Source: Fimbriosthenelais zetlandica
Lineage: Eukaryota
Assembly: GCA_977030845.1 (NCBI GenBank)
Contig: OZ365115.1
Span: forward strand, 6,324,001 to 6,388,000
Direction of reading: 5' to 3'
Length of the DNA: 64,000 nt
Positions 25,201 through 33,399 of this stretch are shown in pieces (position 1 is the first letter of the stretch; each line of letters opens with the position of its first letter). The translations under genes and the position numbers were made by a program. The notes beneath the pieces were generated by a model. The model worked only from the letters and a program-made list of their open reading frames with translations. It was not told the DNA's origin and did not search any database.

Positions 25201-28200
25201 AATGAACCTTAGGGAGAGATCAATTATTTTCTTAATTTCTAAAATTAATGGGGTATGATTTGATGTGTTTGTAGCAACAGGGACCTCTGCGAGATGCAGC
25301 CAATGAAGTGATGTTATGGACTAATCACAGAGTCATGGAGTGGCTACGTACCATCGATCTTTCTGAATATGCTCCCAACCTTAGAGGCAGTGGTGTTCAT
25401 GGATCTCTTATGGTAGGAATTTATTTGCCAAAAATTACAAGTATTTTCAGCTTTGAATAGTCCTGATGTTCTCCATGATTGTAGCAGTTCGATACAATTG
25501 TCTGAATCTATGAATTGTTGTTCAGTATGTTCCTATCTCTTTCCTTAGGTCCTCGAACCCCGTTTCACAGCTGAACTTTTTGCATCTCTACTCTCTATTC
25601 CCAATAATAAAACGCTACTCCGTCGACATCTGAGTACGCACTTCGTTGCCTTGATCGGCAACGAGATGCAGCACAGAAAGCGAGAAGTTGAGGCCCAACC
25701 GGGCAACATCCCTCTCACACCCAACCAAAAGCTGAAGGTAAGAACACGCTCCTACTATGAAGTTGGACTATGCACTTAATCTGTCTCAATCATTTGTCCC
25801 ATTGATTTTTCTGAAAAACAGATTAAATTGTTTCTCTCATGAAAAATGTTCTTCAGAAAATGTACTGTCTTTTAGTATTCATCTATTTTGGTCTACTAAC
25901 TTTAATTGTCAGAACAAACTTTTGTGAAAACTGTCAGTCATTTTCAGTTTAATGACTTTAAACAAAGGGGATTTAAATCTACTTTCAACAGTTATTCTTC
26001 TTAAAGAGCACCTGTTTAAAAATTGGTTTCCTCTAAAGCATGCAGATGCGTATTGTGTAAGGGACTTTAAACATGAAATACATTAATAGACATAGCAAGA
26101 CATTGTCTGTGACCACAAAAATATATATCCATTCAGAACTTAGTACATTTCTAGATGTTGATGATTTGTGGTAGATGGCTATTGTACTTCTTCTACATGA
26201 TGTATATTATATTTCGTACGCCCCATGTATACATATGGCTTGCTTAGTGTTGCACTTTTAAGGTTTAAAAGACCATACATCTGGGTAAAGTACATAACAA
26301 TTCTAGAATACAGAGTGATTAAGTAAATGTTTGGGATATAAAGGCACAATTTTTGCTCGGGCGAATGACACTTAAATATATGATAACAGTTTAATACTTT
26401 CTAATGAAAATTCTTTCAAACAGAGAGCACCATCTGTGGTAATTAAGAATTACAATTCATACATATATATAGGCATACAATCACTGTATAACCCTTACAT
26501 TAAGACCAGTGTGTCTTGGTTGTTAGCTCTAAGCCTGTGAATAAAATTCTAACCACCCTGATGAAAGACACCCCCGATCACTGCATTTATAAGGTCACAA
26601 ACTTTCACCATAGCACAAACATCACTCCTTTAGCCCTGCCATTTAGCGCCAACAAGTTCACTTCTAATCAATTTAGATAAATTTCCCGTGCTAGTGTCAT
26701 GTCAAGTTGACTAGTTTTACTTATAAATTTGGTGGAGAACCATAAATCTTGCAAAGTCAGTTCCGTTCGGTCACCTTAGTAAAGTGCTTCTATGTCTGTT
26801 AAACATTGACTTTGCTCTTTTGGGTATCCTTAGGAAACACAATATGGTACCAGAAAATATGCTGCACTGCTAAGCTTTAAGTTCACAGTTCTTTTCTGTT
26901 TCAGTCCCACTCAAGAGTCAACCAGAAATTTTTCAAGAATTCCTTTCCTGGCCATTTTTTCTGATTGTATATACCATTTTTTTCTTCGGTACAATGAGGC
27001 ATTATGGTGTTACTTTTAGGTGTTCACCAATATCCCAGTGCAGATCCCATCACAGGTGGCTCAGATAGTCGTGCCTGTCCAAAAGGTGGGGGCTGGTCAA
27101 CACCACCATTGTGTTTGTGGCCGCCCTGGCTGGTTGATTGCTCCTCCTGAATGCTGTTTGCCCAGTCCCGATAAGTCATGACAAACACTAATTCCATGGG
27201 CAAAAGCTTTGTTTCTTTTTGAAAATGAAAAATTGGCTTCACCCTTCCTCACCATCATGCTGGACCAATTTCTTTTCAATGATCCAATTTGTTCATATAT
27301 AAATACAGGTATATCCACTGCACTTCACAATCATAAAAGCACACTATAGAAATAAATCTATTGGTGATCTTGTAATGATTGGTGATAGAATTGATCAGAA
27401 GATTAAATATATATATACAAACGTCAATATTTTTTATCTTAAAATAGTAAAAAAAAAAAACAATTTATAAGAATTAACCTTGTTGCAATTCATGACACAG
27501 GAACTATGACAAATAATATGAAAGTACCAAAAATGCAGACCATGATAATGCAAACATGTTCCAAGAAAAGTACTACAGAAGGTTTCCAAACATTTTCCCC
27601 CTTAGCATTACCAATAACAAATACATTGTGGTTTGTTATTATAATATTTTAACCCTTGTGTTGTGTTAGGATGATAGACTGGTTTGTTCTTCATCCTACA
27701 TTTCTGTCCATGGTTGATTAACCCAGTTGTTTATCCTTCAGGATTCCATTTGTCAAGTTGTAAGAATGCATGTATTATGGGTTTAAGCTCTAATATAGCT
27801 ATTAAGCCCATAGTAAGAGGTTTTCACATCTAAAAATAAACAGCTTTGTTAAAAAATATATTATTTTAAATCGGGTTATGAATAGTGATACATCAATTTC
27901 TGAATCCAATTTGATCCCATCTTATTCATTTAGAAAGACCTTAATATTAAATAGGAATTAAAATACTTAAATGGTCATCTTAGAATTTTGAAGAACCATG
28001 TGCTCGTAACTTTCTGTTTGCTAAGGGTTTTTTATTGATTGATTTTTAGTTGAAGAAGTTTGGACTGTTTGGCCACCGAAGAACCCGTTCAGACCCAGAT
28101 CTGGATGATTTTGTTTGTCCTATGGGATCTGACACGACAACCAACGGTTGGGCAGCTGGCGACAAGGTTAAAGATGAAAAGGCAGCCAAGGAGATTGGAG

Positions 28201-28448
28201 CTTACTCACAAGAAATCAACACATTGACCGTGAGTTGGATAAAATCTCCAAATATCTCAAACCAAATATTAAGTCCTACTCCCCAATGGACAATTCCTTG
28301 TACACATTAGCAATGTATATTACTCGTTTTACTAGGTTTCTGATTGTAATATCAGAACTTTTAAGATTCATCAATCTCTTTAATATCCTTCCAGACCATG
28401 TTGGCAAAAGACAAGTTCCTAGATGACGTTCCTACATCAGATGTATGA
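13074..28448 (+). CDS. PPFIBP1: Liprin-beta (PPFIBP1/2-like) gene, 5'-partial; join(13074-13205,13403-13520,17637-17698,17809-17976,18139-18211,18401-18558,18948-19272,22547-22694,23593-23706,24274-24424,24551-24665,24797-24885,25010-25141,25275-25412,25549-25737,28050-28229,28395-28448)
   Basis: All 17 exons have AG/GT boundaries and chain in frame (2346 nt, 781 aa + stop). Hallmark liprin-beta motifs: ELISRTTLETHKLDLMAEISNLKLKL, KKAVEALM, SFGKGLFK..SSAPNL, KGIKKFFGKLRRS, RATAGPRLGWS, three SAM domains, LEPRF, KTLLRRHL. Confidence 0.96.
13403..13520 (+). CDS. PPFIBP1: liprin-beta exon KRIDELQARLNERTIEVTDLRTRITKNGTTLQGSHTEPP
   Basis: gttttag| and |gttgga; 118 nt, phase 0-1; coiled-coil heptads. 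Confidence 0.9.
14083..14097 (+). CDS. candidate 15-nt cassette microexon (VFAGY)
   Basis: ggttttcag|TGTTTGCTGGCTACG|gtaaga; symmetric phase 1, stop-free. Confidence 0.6.
14626..14664 (+). CDS. candidate 39-nt cassette exon (VRKRHVSESDKSG)
   Basis: ttttggttttcag| and |gtacgt; symmetric phase 1, stop-free. Confidence 0.65.
15291..15296 (+). CDS. candidate 6-nt microexon (AF)
   Basis: tgtgcttttattcatag|CCTTTG|gtatga; symmetric phase 1. Confidence 0.4.
15816..15872 (+). CDS. candidate 57-nt exon (DAVTRTLEREKTLDRLKRK)
   Basis: tttcatttcaaccag| and |gtaagc; symmetric phase 1; charged helical sequence continuing the coiled coil. Confidence 0.75.
17637..17698 (+). CDS. PPFIBP1: liprin-beta exon (D)SEVEKLKKAVEALMQTNSEK
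   Basis: ttccag| and |gtatgt; phase 1-0; matches recalled EVQKMKKAVESLMAANEEK. Confidence 0.94.
17809..17976 (+). CDS. PPFIBP1: liprin-beta exon DHHIEEQRKMIKKYQKIEELL...SSSNENN
   Basis: ttttctag| and |gtaaga; 168 nt, phase 0-0. Confidence 0.9.
18139..18211 (+). CDS. PPFIBP1: liprin-beta exon GHHDAFDMVDRKMPVPSATSTPGK
   Basis: ttcgttag| and |gtacat; phase 0-1; required to keep frame between its neighbours. Confidence 0.85.
18401..18558 (+). CDS. PPFIBP1: liprin-beta exon (D)VFKYHGTNG...GLVRSNSAEDLSPLPSK
   Basis: tctttcag| and |gtcagt; phase 1-0; lies within track ORF 18352-18612. Confidence 0.88.
18948..19272 (+). CDS. PPFIBP1: liprin-beta S/T/P-rich exon TPPTSRRH...SFGKGLFKLRTGKWSSSAPNL
   Basis: cttgcag| and |gtgaca; phase 0-1; lies within track ORF 18825-19325; conserved FGKG.FK...SAPNL motif. 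Confidence 0.93.
20885..20896 (+). CDS. candidate 12-nt microexon (GFKQ)
   Basis: ggatttag|GATTCAAGCAAG|gtaagg; consensus donor, symmetric phase 1. Confidence 0.4.
21557..21610 (+). CDS. candidate 54-nt cassette exon (VEEGHPFCRMRSSIQIPV)
   Basis: ttgtctgatcag| and G|gtaagg; symmetric phase 1, stop-free. Confidence 0.45.
21886..21921 (+). CDS. candidate 36-nt cassette exon (AYQRGWYSDDEG)
   Basis: ctaat branch-like motif, ataaag| and GAG|gtaaaa; symmetric phase 1; GC-richer island in an AT-rich intron. Confidence 0.55.
22547..22694 (+). CDS. PPFIBP1: liprin-beta exon (A)QNTDSEE...KKKQKGIKKFFGK
   Basis: atatag| and |gtaagt; phase 1-2; lies within track ORF 22489-22698. Confidence 0.93.
23593..23706 (+). 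CDS. PPFIBP1: liprin-beta exon LRRSSSQD...RATAGPRLGWSKDLKY
   Basis: tttaaag| and |gtaagc; phase 2-2; invariant liprin RATAGPRLGWS motif. Confidence 0.96.
24274..24424 (+). CDS. PPFIBP1: liprin-beta SAM1 exon DLDVPFARWDSDRVAAWLHSMGLSMY...
   Basis: cctttcag| and |gtaaag; phase 2-0; SAM consensus W...V..WL..GL..Y. Confidence 0.97.
24551..24665 (+). CDS. PPFIBP1: liprin-beta SAM1/SAM2 exon ELGMRNSLHRKKLQLAL...LDHNWVL
   Basis: ctaaag| and |gtaagt; phase 0-1. Confidence 0.97.
24797..24885 (+). CDS. PPFIBP1: liprin-beta SAM2 exon WLDDIGLPQYKDHFNEAKVDGRLLHYLTV
   Basis: atatag| and |gtaagg; phase 1-0; invariant WLDDIGLPQYK. Confidence 0.97.
25010..25141 (+). CDS. PPFIBP1: liprin-beta SAM2 exon EDLLYLKVTNALHHLSIKRSIQVLR...CLRRRP
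   Basis: tttgtag| and |gtatgt; phase 0-0. Confidence 0.96.
25275..25412 (+). CDS. PPFIBP1: liprin-beta SAM3 exon ...EVMLWTNHRVMEWLRTIDLSEYAPNLRGSGVHGSLM
   Basis: tttgtag| (or cag| at 25280) and |gtagga; phase 0-0; invariant liprin SAM3 motif. Confidence 0.97.
25549..25737 (+). CDS. PPFIBP1: liprin-beta SAM3 exon VLEPRFTAELFASLLSIPNNKTLLRRHL...
   Basis: tccttag| and |gtaaga; phase 0-0. Confidence 0.97.
28050..28229 (+). CDS. PPFIBP1: liprin-beta penultimate exon LKKFGLFGHRR...DFVCPM...EIGAYSQEINTLT
   Basis: tttttag| and |gtgagt; phase 0-0; VCPM and IGA.S..IN.LT motifs as recalled for liprin-beta C-termini. Confidence 0.92.
28395..28448 (+). CDS. PPFIBP1: liprin-beta terminal coding exon TMLAKDKFLDDVPTSDV*
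   Basis: ccttccag| then in-frame TGA at 28446-28448; ends S-D-V (class I PDZ ligand). Confidence 0.9.
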   Translation, partial: TMLAKDKFLDDVPTSDV

Positions 28449-30675
28449 GAGGAGGGTCAGTCGACAGTTGTATAAATACCATCTCATCCAGAATACTGTA
28501 AACATCACTTCAACATGTCTCCACCCTCCATCCACCATCACCACCCCTCACCACCTCTCATCTCCACCTCCTCCAGATGACATTTCCCCCCGTGAAATGA
28601 GTCCTTGGTGGCCATACGCGTTCAGACTTCTCACCAACTTCACTTCCAGATCAAGCTGCTTCCTCCCCAGAAAGTAGATCCTGGCTGACCTTCACTGATG
28701 AAGGCCAAACGTCAAGAGTTCACTTACAACTTTGATGTGCCAAAACTTTCTTAACTATATTTTTCTTGCCATCAACTGTACCCTACCCAAATGTATTGCC
28801 ATTCTTATTTAGCATATTATTGATGTGCTAAATGCAATGTTTTGAGTTAATACATCGTCGTTATTGAGGTACAATAACCAGCGGTCCGTGCGCTGGTCCT
28901 CTTTGCTCCGTCTTAGGACATAAGTCTTTTACCTCTGGTCTTGGAAATCCCTGTGGATCAGGTTCTTTTTATAATAGACAGAGAGAGAAAACTTAAATGT
29001 TCATAGAAAAAAATCGTCTCAGACATAAATCTTTCTCTGAGGTTGTGGCGGTTCTTTCGTTAAAGCTTCTTGAAACAAAATGATGGCCTGCATGCCCTTA
29101 AATTATTTCCTCGGAATTTTTCCGCCTTAAAGGCTCCTCCGTTAAAAATGGTTTGGCAGTATTTATGAACTTTGTGCTGGTAGATTTACCTCAGGGATAT
29201 AAAAGCGATTAAGACACATTAAGAATAGGGAATCAGATTTGGATATTGCATGTTCGTCATACATTTTTCATACATTTATTATAAAATGAAGGAATTATTG
29301 CATTTCTTGTCAGGTTTTTATACAATAAGAATTTGAATAGTTATCCTCTTAGAACTGAATCTGCTGACGAGTTTCCAATATTTGAATTTGAAAAAATATT
29401 GTATAGTATAGTCTCTTGCTACTCTTTCTTAGGAAGATTTTGCTACATTCAGTTTTGAAATAACTATCTTTATAAAGGTGAAGCGAGGTTACCATGCGTC
29501 TGTCTACAATAATAATGAAGTCAAGTTTCATATTGTGTTTCATGTTCATTAGGGAGGATAATATAAACTTATCCTTTGATGATTGTCCTATATTTGGACT
29601 TAAATAATTATTATCAAAGTTGAGTTAAAACCTCGGGCTATATCATGGTAGCCATTGATCTTTCGCTCTTCTGCTAAGCTGCTCCGTTTGATTCATCCGT
29701 TAGCAGAGTCTTATTTTATTTGCATTTCTTGGGGGTTTCGACAAAAGTTGTTCACTTTTGTATCTCTTTTTTTCCTAGGTATATTTGTAATGAAAACAAA
29801 AGTGTGTGGACGTTTTTTGTACAAAGTAGAGGTTTGAAAGACAGTATGTAGTTTGTATAATGTGTGCCTCTGAGGAACTTGTGACTGGTGCTATTTTCAT
29901 GGGAATAGATGCTATTATAAGCGTCTATATAGATGGGTGCAAGTCATAGTACATACGGTTTATATAGACAAGACTGATAGACATAACATAGCATATCAAA
30001 CATGTAGCCTATAACTACCGGCATTTAAAAAATATCAGAAGCAATAAATTAGCATTTTCCAAAGAATTTTTACTCCAAGCGAGAATTTATTAATGCTTTG
30101 AAATTAAAAGTGTTAGCGGTACCTTGTAGAAAGCAATAACTTATATGAGCCTAATTAACATGGATTGTAGGTCTAGGCCTACATGCATTCACATCATATG
30201 TCATATTTGCTTTTAACATTTTTACTAATAGGCCTATAGACCTCGAGCCTGCATACCATTTACCACAGTATTCTGTATGTAAAGAATATCTTAATTACTA
30301 CCATACCTGTTCATTGCTTATTCACTATATATCTTTTCAAGTTTCTGGATTGCATATATGTACAAAAAAATCATATTATTTAACGGTGTTGGAAAAAATG
30401 AATTTATTTTGTTATGGGAGTCACCAAAAAAAAGTTTCCACATTTATAATATGCATGTATAGGATGTTGCTGAATGTTTCTTGTATGAACTGTACATTGA
30501 TTATGTTTCATTCTCGCTCACTGTGTCAGCACATTGCTGGCATATTGAAAACAACTGTCTGGTACCTAAAAAGAGGGAAATTCATGAAGGTAGTCAGGCA
30601 CTTTGACTTAACTTATGTTACTATACATAGTCTCCAGTAAGGACCTTACAACAGATGCCTTTTTCATCTTTGATG

Positions 30676-30760
30676 AATAAATCTATATTTTATATGATAA
30701 ACTCCTCGTTGGCGTTCTAATTTTGTTTAATTTTTCTTTCTATTTTTGTTTAATTTTGTT
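30676..30760 (+). terminator. probable liprin-beta polyadenylation signal (AATAAA plus downstream U-rich element)
   Basis: AATAAA at 30676-30681 followed by a T/GT-rich tract at about 30720-30760; implies a 3'UTR of about 2.2 kb. Confidence 0.5.
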
Positions 30761-30844
30761 TATGCTGATACGTAGGGAAGAACCACCGGAGCGCCACTGT
30801 TCGGAGTGTGCTGTTATCACTCAAGCTTTTGCAGGCGAGTTGTA

Positions 30845-31460
30845 GTGCGACTACCCCACCACCAGCAAATCTGGGAACTAACAGTCAATGCGATAATAGG
30901 GAATTTGTCCCGTGCGACTACCCCACCACCGGCAAAAGTGGGAACTAACGCTCAATGCTAAATCAATGGGGCGCCGCTCGGAACTTTCAGACGGCGTTTG
31001 TATAACTATAAAAGCACCAAAATGGAATACGTCGATAGATTTTCATGAAGAATTTATCACATCCAAAAGAACAGAGCTTACAAGTTTACAGCCAGAGAAT
31101 GAAGCAGTCTTGTTGTCGTGGGCGATAATAGGGGTTTTGCAGGCTACTTCCGGGGGCTGACCGTCCAGTGGCGCTCTCAATTTCTATTCGGCAAACGACA
31201 GAACTAACATAAGGTCAGTTTCTTTCACATGCCACTACCCCACCACCGGCAAAAGCGGGAACTAACACAGTCAATGATCGGGCGTCGCTTCGAATTTTCA
31301 AAGGGCGTTTGTAGATCTATGAAAGCACCAAAATGACTCAAACCCGAAATTCCTCGGTAAATTTTCATAAAGAATTTATCACATCCAAAAGAACAGAGCT
31401 AATCTGGCTGTAAACTTGTAAACCATGGCAATACATTTGCGGGCGATAATAGGGGCTTTG
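30845..31460. repeat. tandem duplication (period about 317 bp) plus a partial third head copy
   Basis: ACTACCCCACCACC at about 30850, 30917 and 31234; shared AAAGCACCAAAATG, AAGAATTTATCACATCCAAAAGAACAGAGCT and GGGCGATAATAGGGG blocks. Confidence 0.9.
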
Positions 31461-31922
31461 GCCGAAGCCTTATGTTTATGGATTGCAACGGGTGGCGCGT
31501 TACAACTCTCGCCATTTTCGATTAGTTTCATTTTTTCTCGGTGGTGGCGTAGCCGAAGCTTTAGCACGTGGCGCTATGTTCAATCATAGACCGTCAAGCA
31601 CCGTATTTCCTTTAATAAACGCGCTATAAAACATTAGACTCATTGCATATATTGTAGGCCTACAAATTCTTATTCTCCTAAGCTAGGGGATCTTGAAATT
31701 TCTTAAAATACATGCCCCTGGGGAGTAAATCCTGAACTAACTCCCATCCTCAAGCTTCCTTCTTTCCCCAGGTGGCGTGACCATCATCAACAAACCCTCA
31801 CATATCAGCCCAAAACAAAGGTGGAATAAAATCAAAGAGTGTAGGCTAGATATTTAGCAACATGACTATGCTATCGAAACCACTTCGAATAATTAATACA
31901 TGCAGGTTAGGTGATTTCTTGG

Positions 31923-32064
31923 AGGCTACTTCCGGTCAACAAAGTTCAATCTCTACGAAGGAGGTAGAAAAGTGCGTGTGTCATTGACCTTTGTTTTACT
32001 TCCGCCCACCAATCCAGCATGAAGAGGAAATCGTGGAAAGTGAAACAAAAATAGGCATGTAAGC
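31923..32064 (+). promoter_or_regulatory. probable DRAM promoter and first non-coding exon
   Basis: ETS-type ACTTCCGG (31928-31935), ACTTCCGCCC (31998-32007), CCAAT (32009-32013), then a donor CAT|gtaagc at 32059. Confidence 0.5.
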
Positions 32065-33277
32065 AGTCGAAACCATCATGTGACACCCAAACTTCTCCTC
32101 GTGATTCCAGTAGATGAAGTAATCTTTCACGCCAATATTCATATCTAAAGCGGTACCGACCCAAAGGTAATCTATTGATGATCCTACGACTTGGCTACGT
32201 ATAATCTCCAGTCCAGGCATAATCGTCAACTTTCAAGTTCAAGCAAACTAATCTACCGCAGTTTGCCAAAATTCTAAATCGACTATAGTCACTTATAATC
32301 CCCAAGGTGAGTTGCTGGACACCATAGCTCTATCATCCTTGTTAGGCCTAACTTTCATGGATATTCCTGAAGGCTACTAAAACATGCAAAATGATACAAA
32401 AAGTCAAAATGCAATAAGGTCACATGTGTATTCACCTAGTACCAGGTACCGTACTACTAATGTAGTAATGATGTCTAATCCGCGTAAAGGTATTAAATTT
32501 AATAATATGAAGGTGAGGGCATGTCCTGTCATATTCCGTAATATTACCTAACCACCCAACCCCCCACCCCCGACCAGCCACGTGCCCACCGGGCACCTGT
32601 GTATGCCTATTTGTTGATAAAGCCAATCATTTATAATAGCCTAAAATAGGCTAAATAGACTTAACAATAATTACTGTACCGGTACCTGTATATTGAATAT
32701 TTGATAAAAAAAAAAAAAAAAATAAGCATGTATTGCTAGTGCTATCTAATAATCAGATCTATAGGAGTAGATGTCGGTGATATAAAATTGGTCTCGTGCT
32801 TTGGAACAGCTAGGTTGTCCATTGGCATAGATAGGCTATAGTAGTTTTTGTATTGGTGCAAATTGGAAAAGACGAACATTTGGAAACGGTGAAACCCGCA
32901 CTTCTGCCGCTAAAATGACGGGATCGAAAAACAATAACTATAAGCCTTCAAATTTGAAGACAATATCTGGAGATGTATCACAAATGGGGGCACATATAAA
33001 TGCATTGGAGGTGAAAGAGCTTGACAAGGGACCAGAGGTTTGACAATAGCTTTTACAATAATTTTTTAATTTCTCTTTTTATTCTTTTGGGTAGGATTTC
33101 TGGACTTGCGATGGTTAGGTTTCAAATAAATTAACAATTTTGTCTCATATTTATACTTATTGCAGGGACAAATTTGCAAATCCTCATTAGCGGCCCCTCG
33201 TTGCTCTGGGTACTGACTATGTACAGTATTCTGACGGTTTTCATGGTTTGGTTAATAGTAATTTGTTAATGTTGTAG

Positions 33278-33399
33278 ATGTGTCAGGGGTTAGGATGGAT
33301 ACCTGCCCTTCTCGGCGTCCTCATGGTCACCTCTATTGTTACTACTTACTTTGTGGCCGTCATGAATGGCAATGTCGAGGCCTTCTTCCCGTATATCAG
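33278..33399 (+). CDS. DRAM2: DRAM coding exon 1 MCQGLGWIPALLGVLMVTSIVTTYFVAVMNGNVEAFFPYIS
   Basis: ATG directly after ttgtag; AG|gtacgt; phase 2. Confidence 0.92.

Noticed and set aside
27020-27182. Intronic GC-richer block reading GGSDSRACPKGGGWSTPPLC (sushi-like) or, in phase 0, a 53-aa terminal exon
   Set aside because: The sushi-like frame is out of phase with the host intron and lacks the N-terminal half of the domain; there is no independent support for the other frame.
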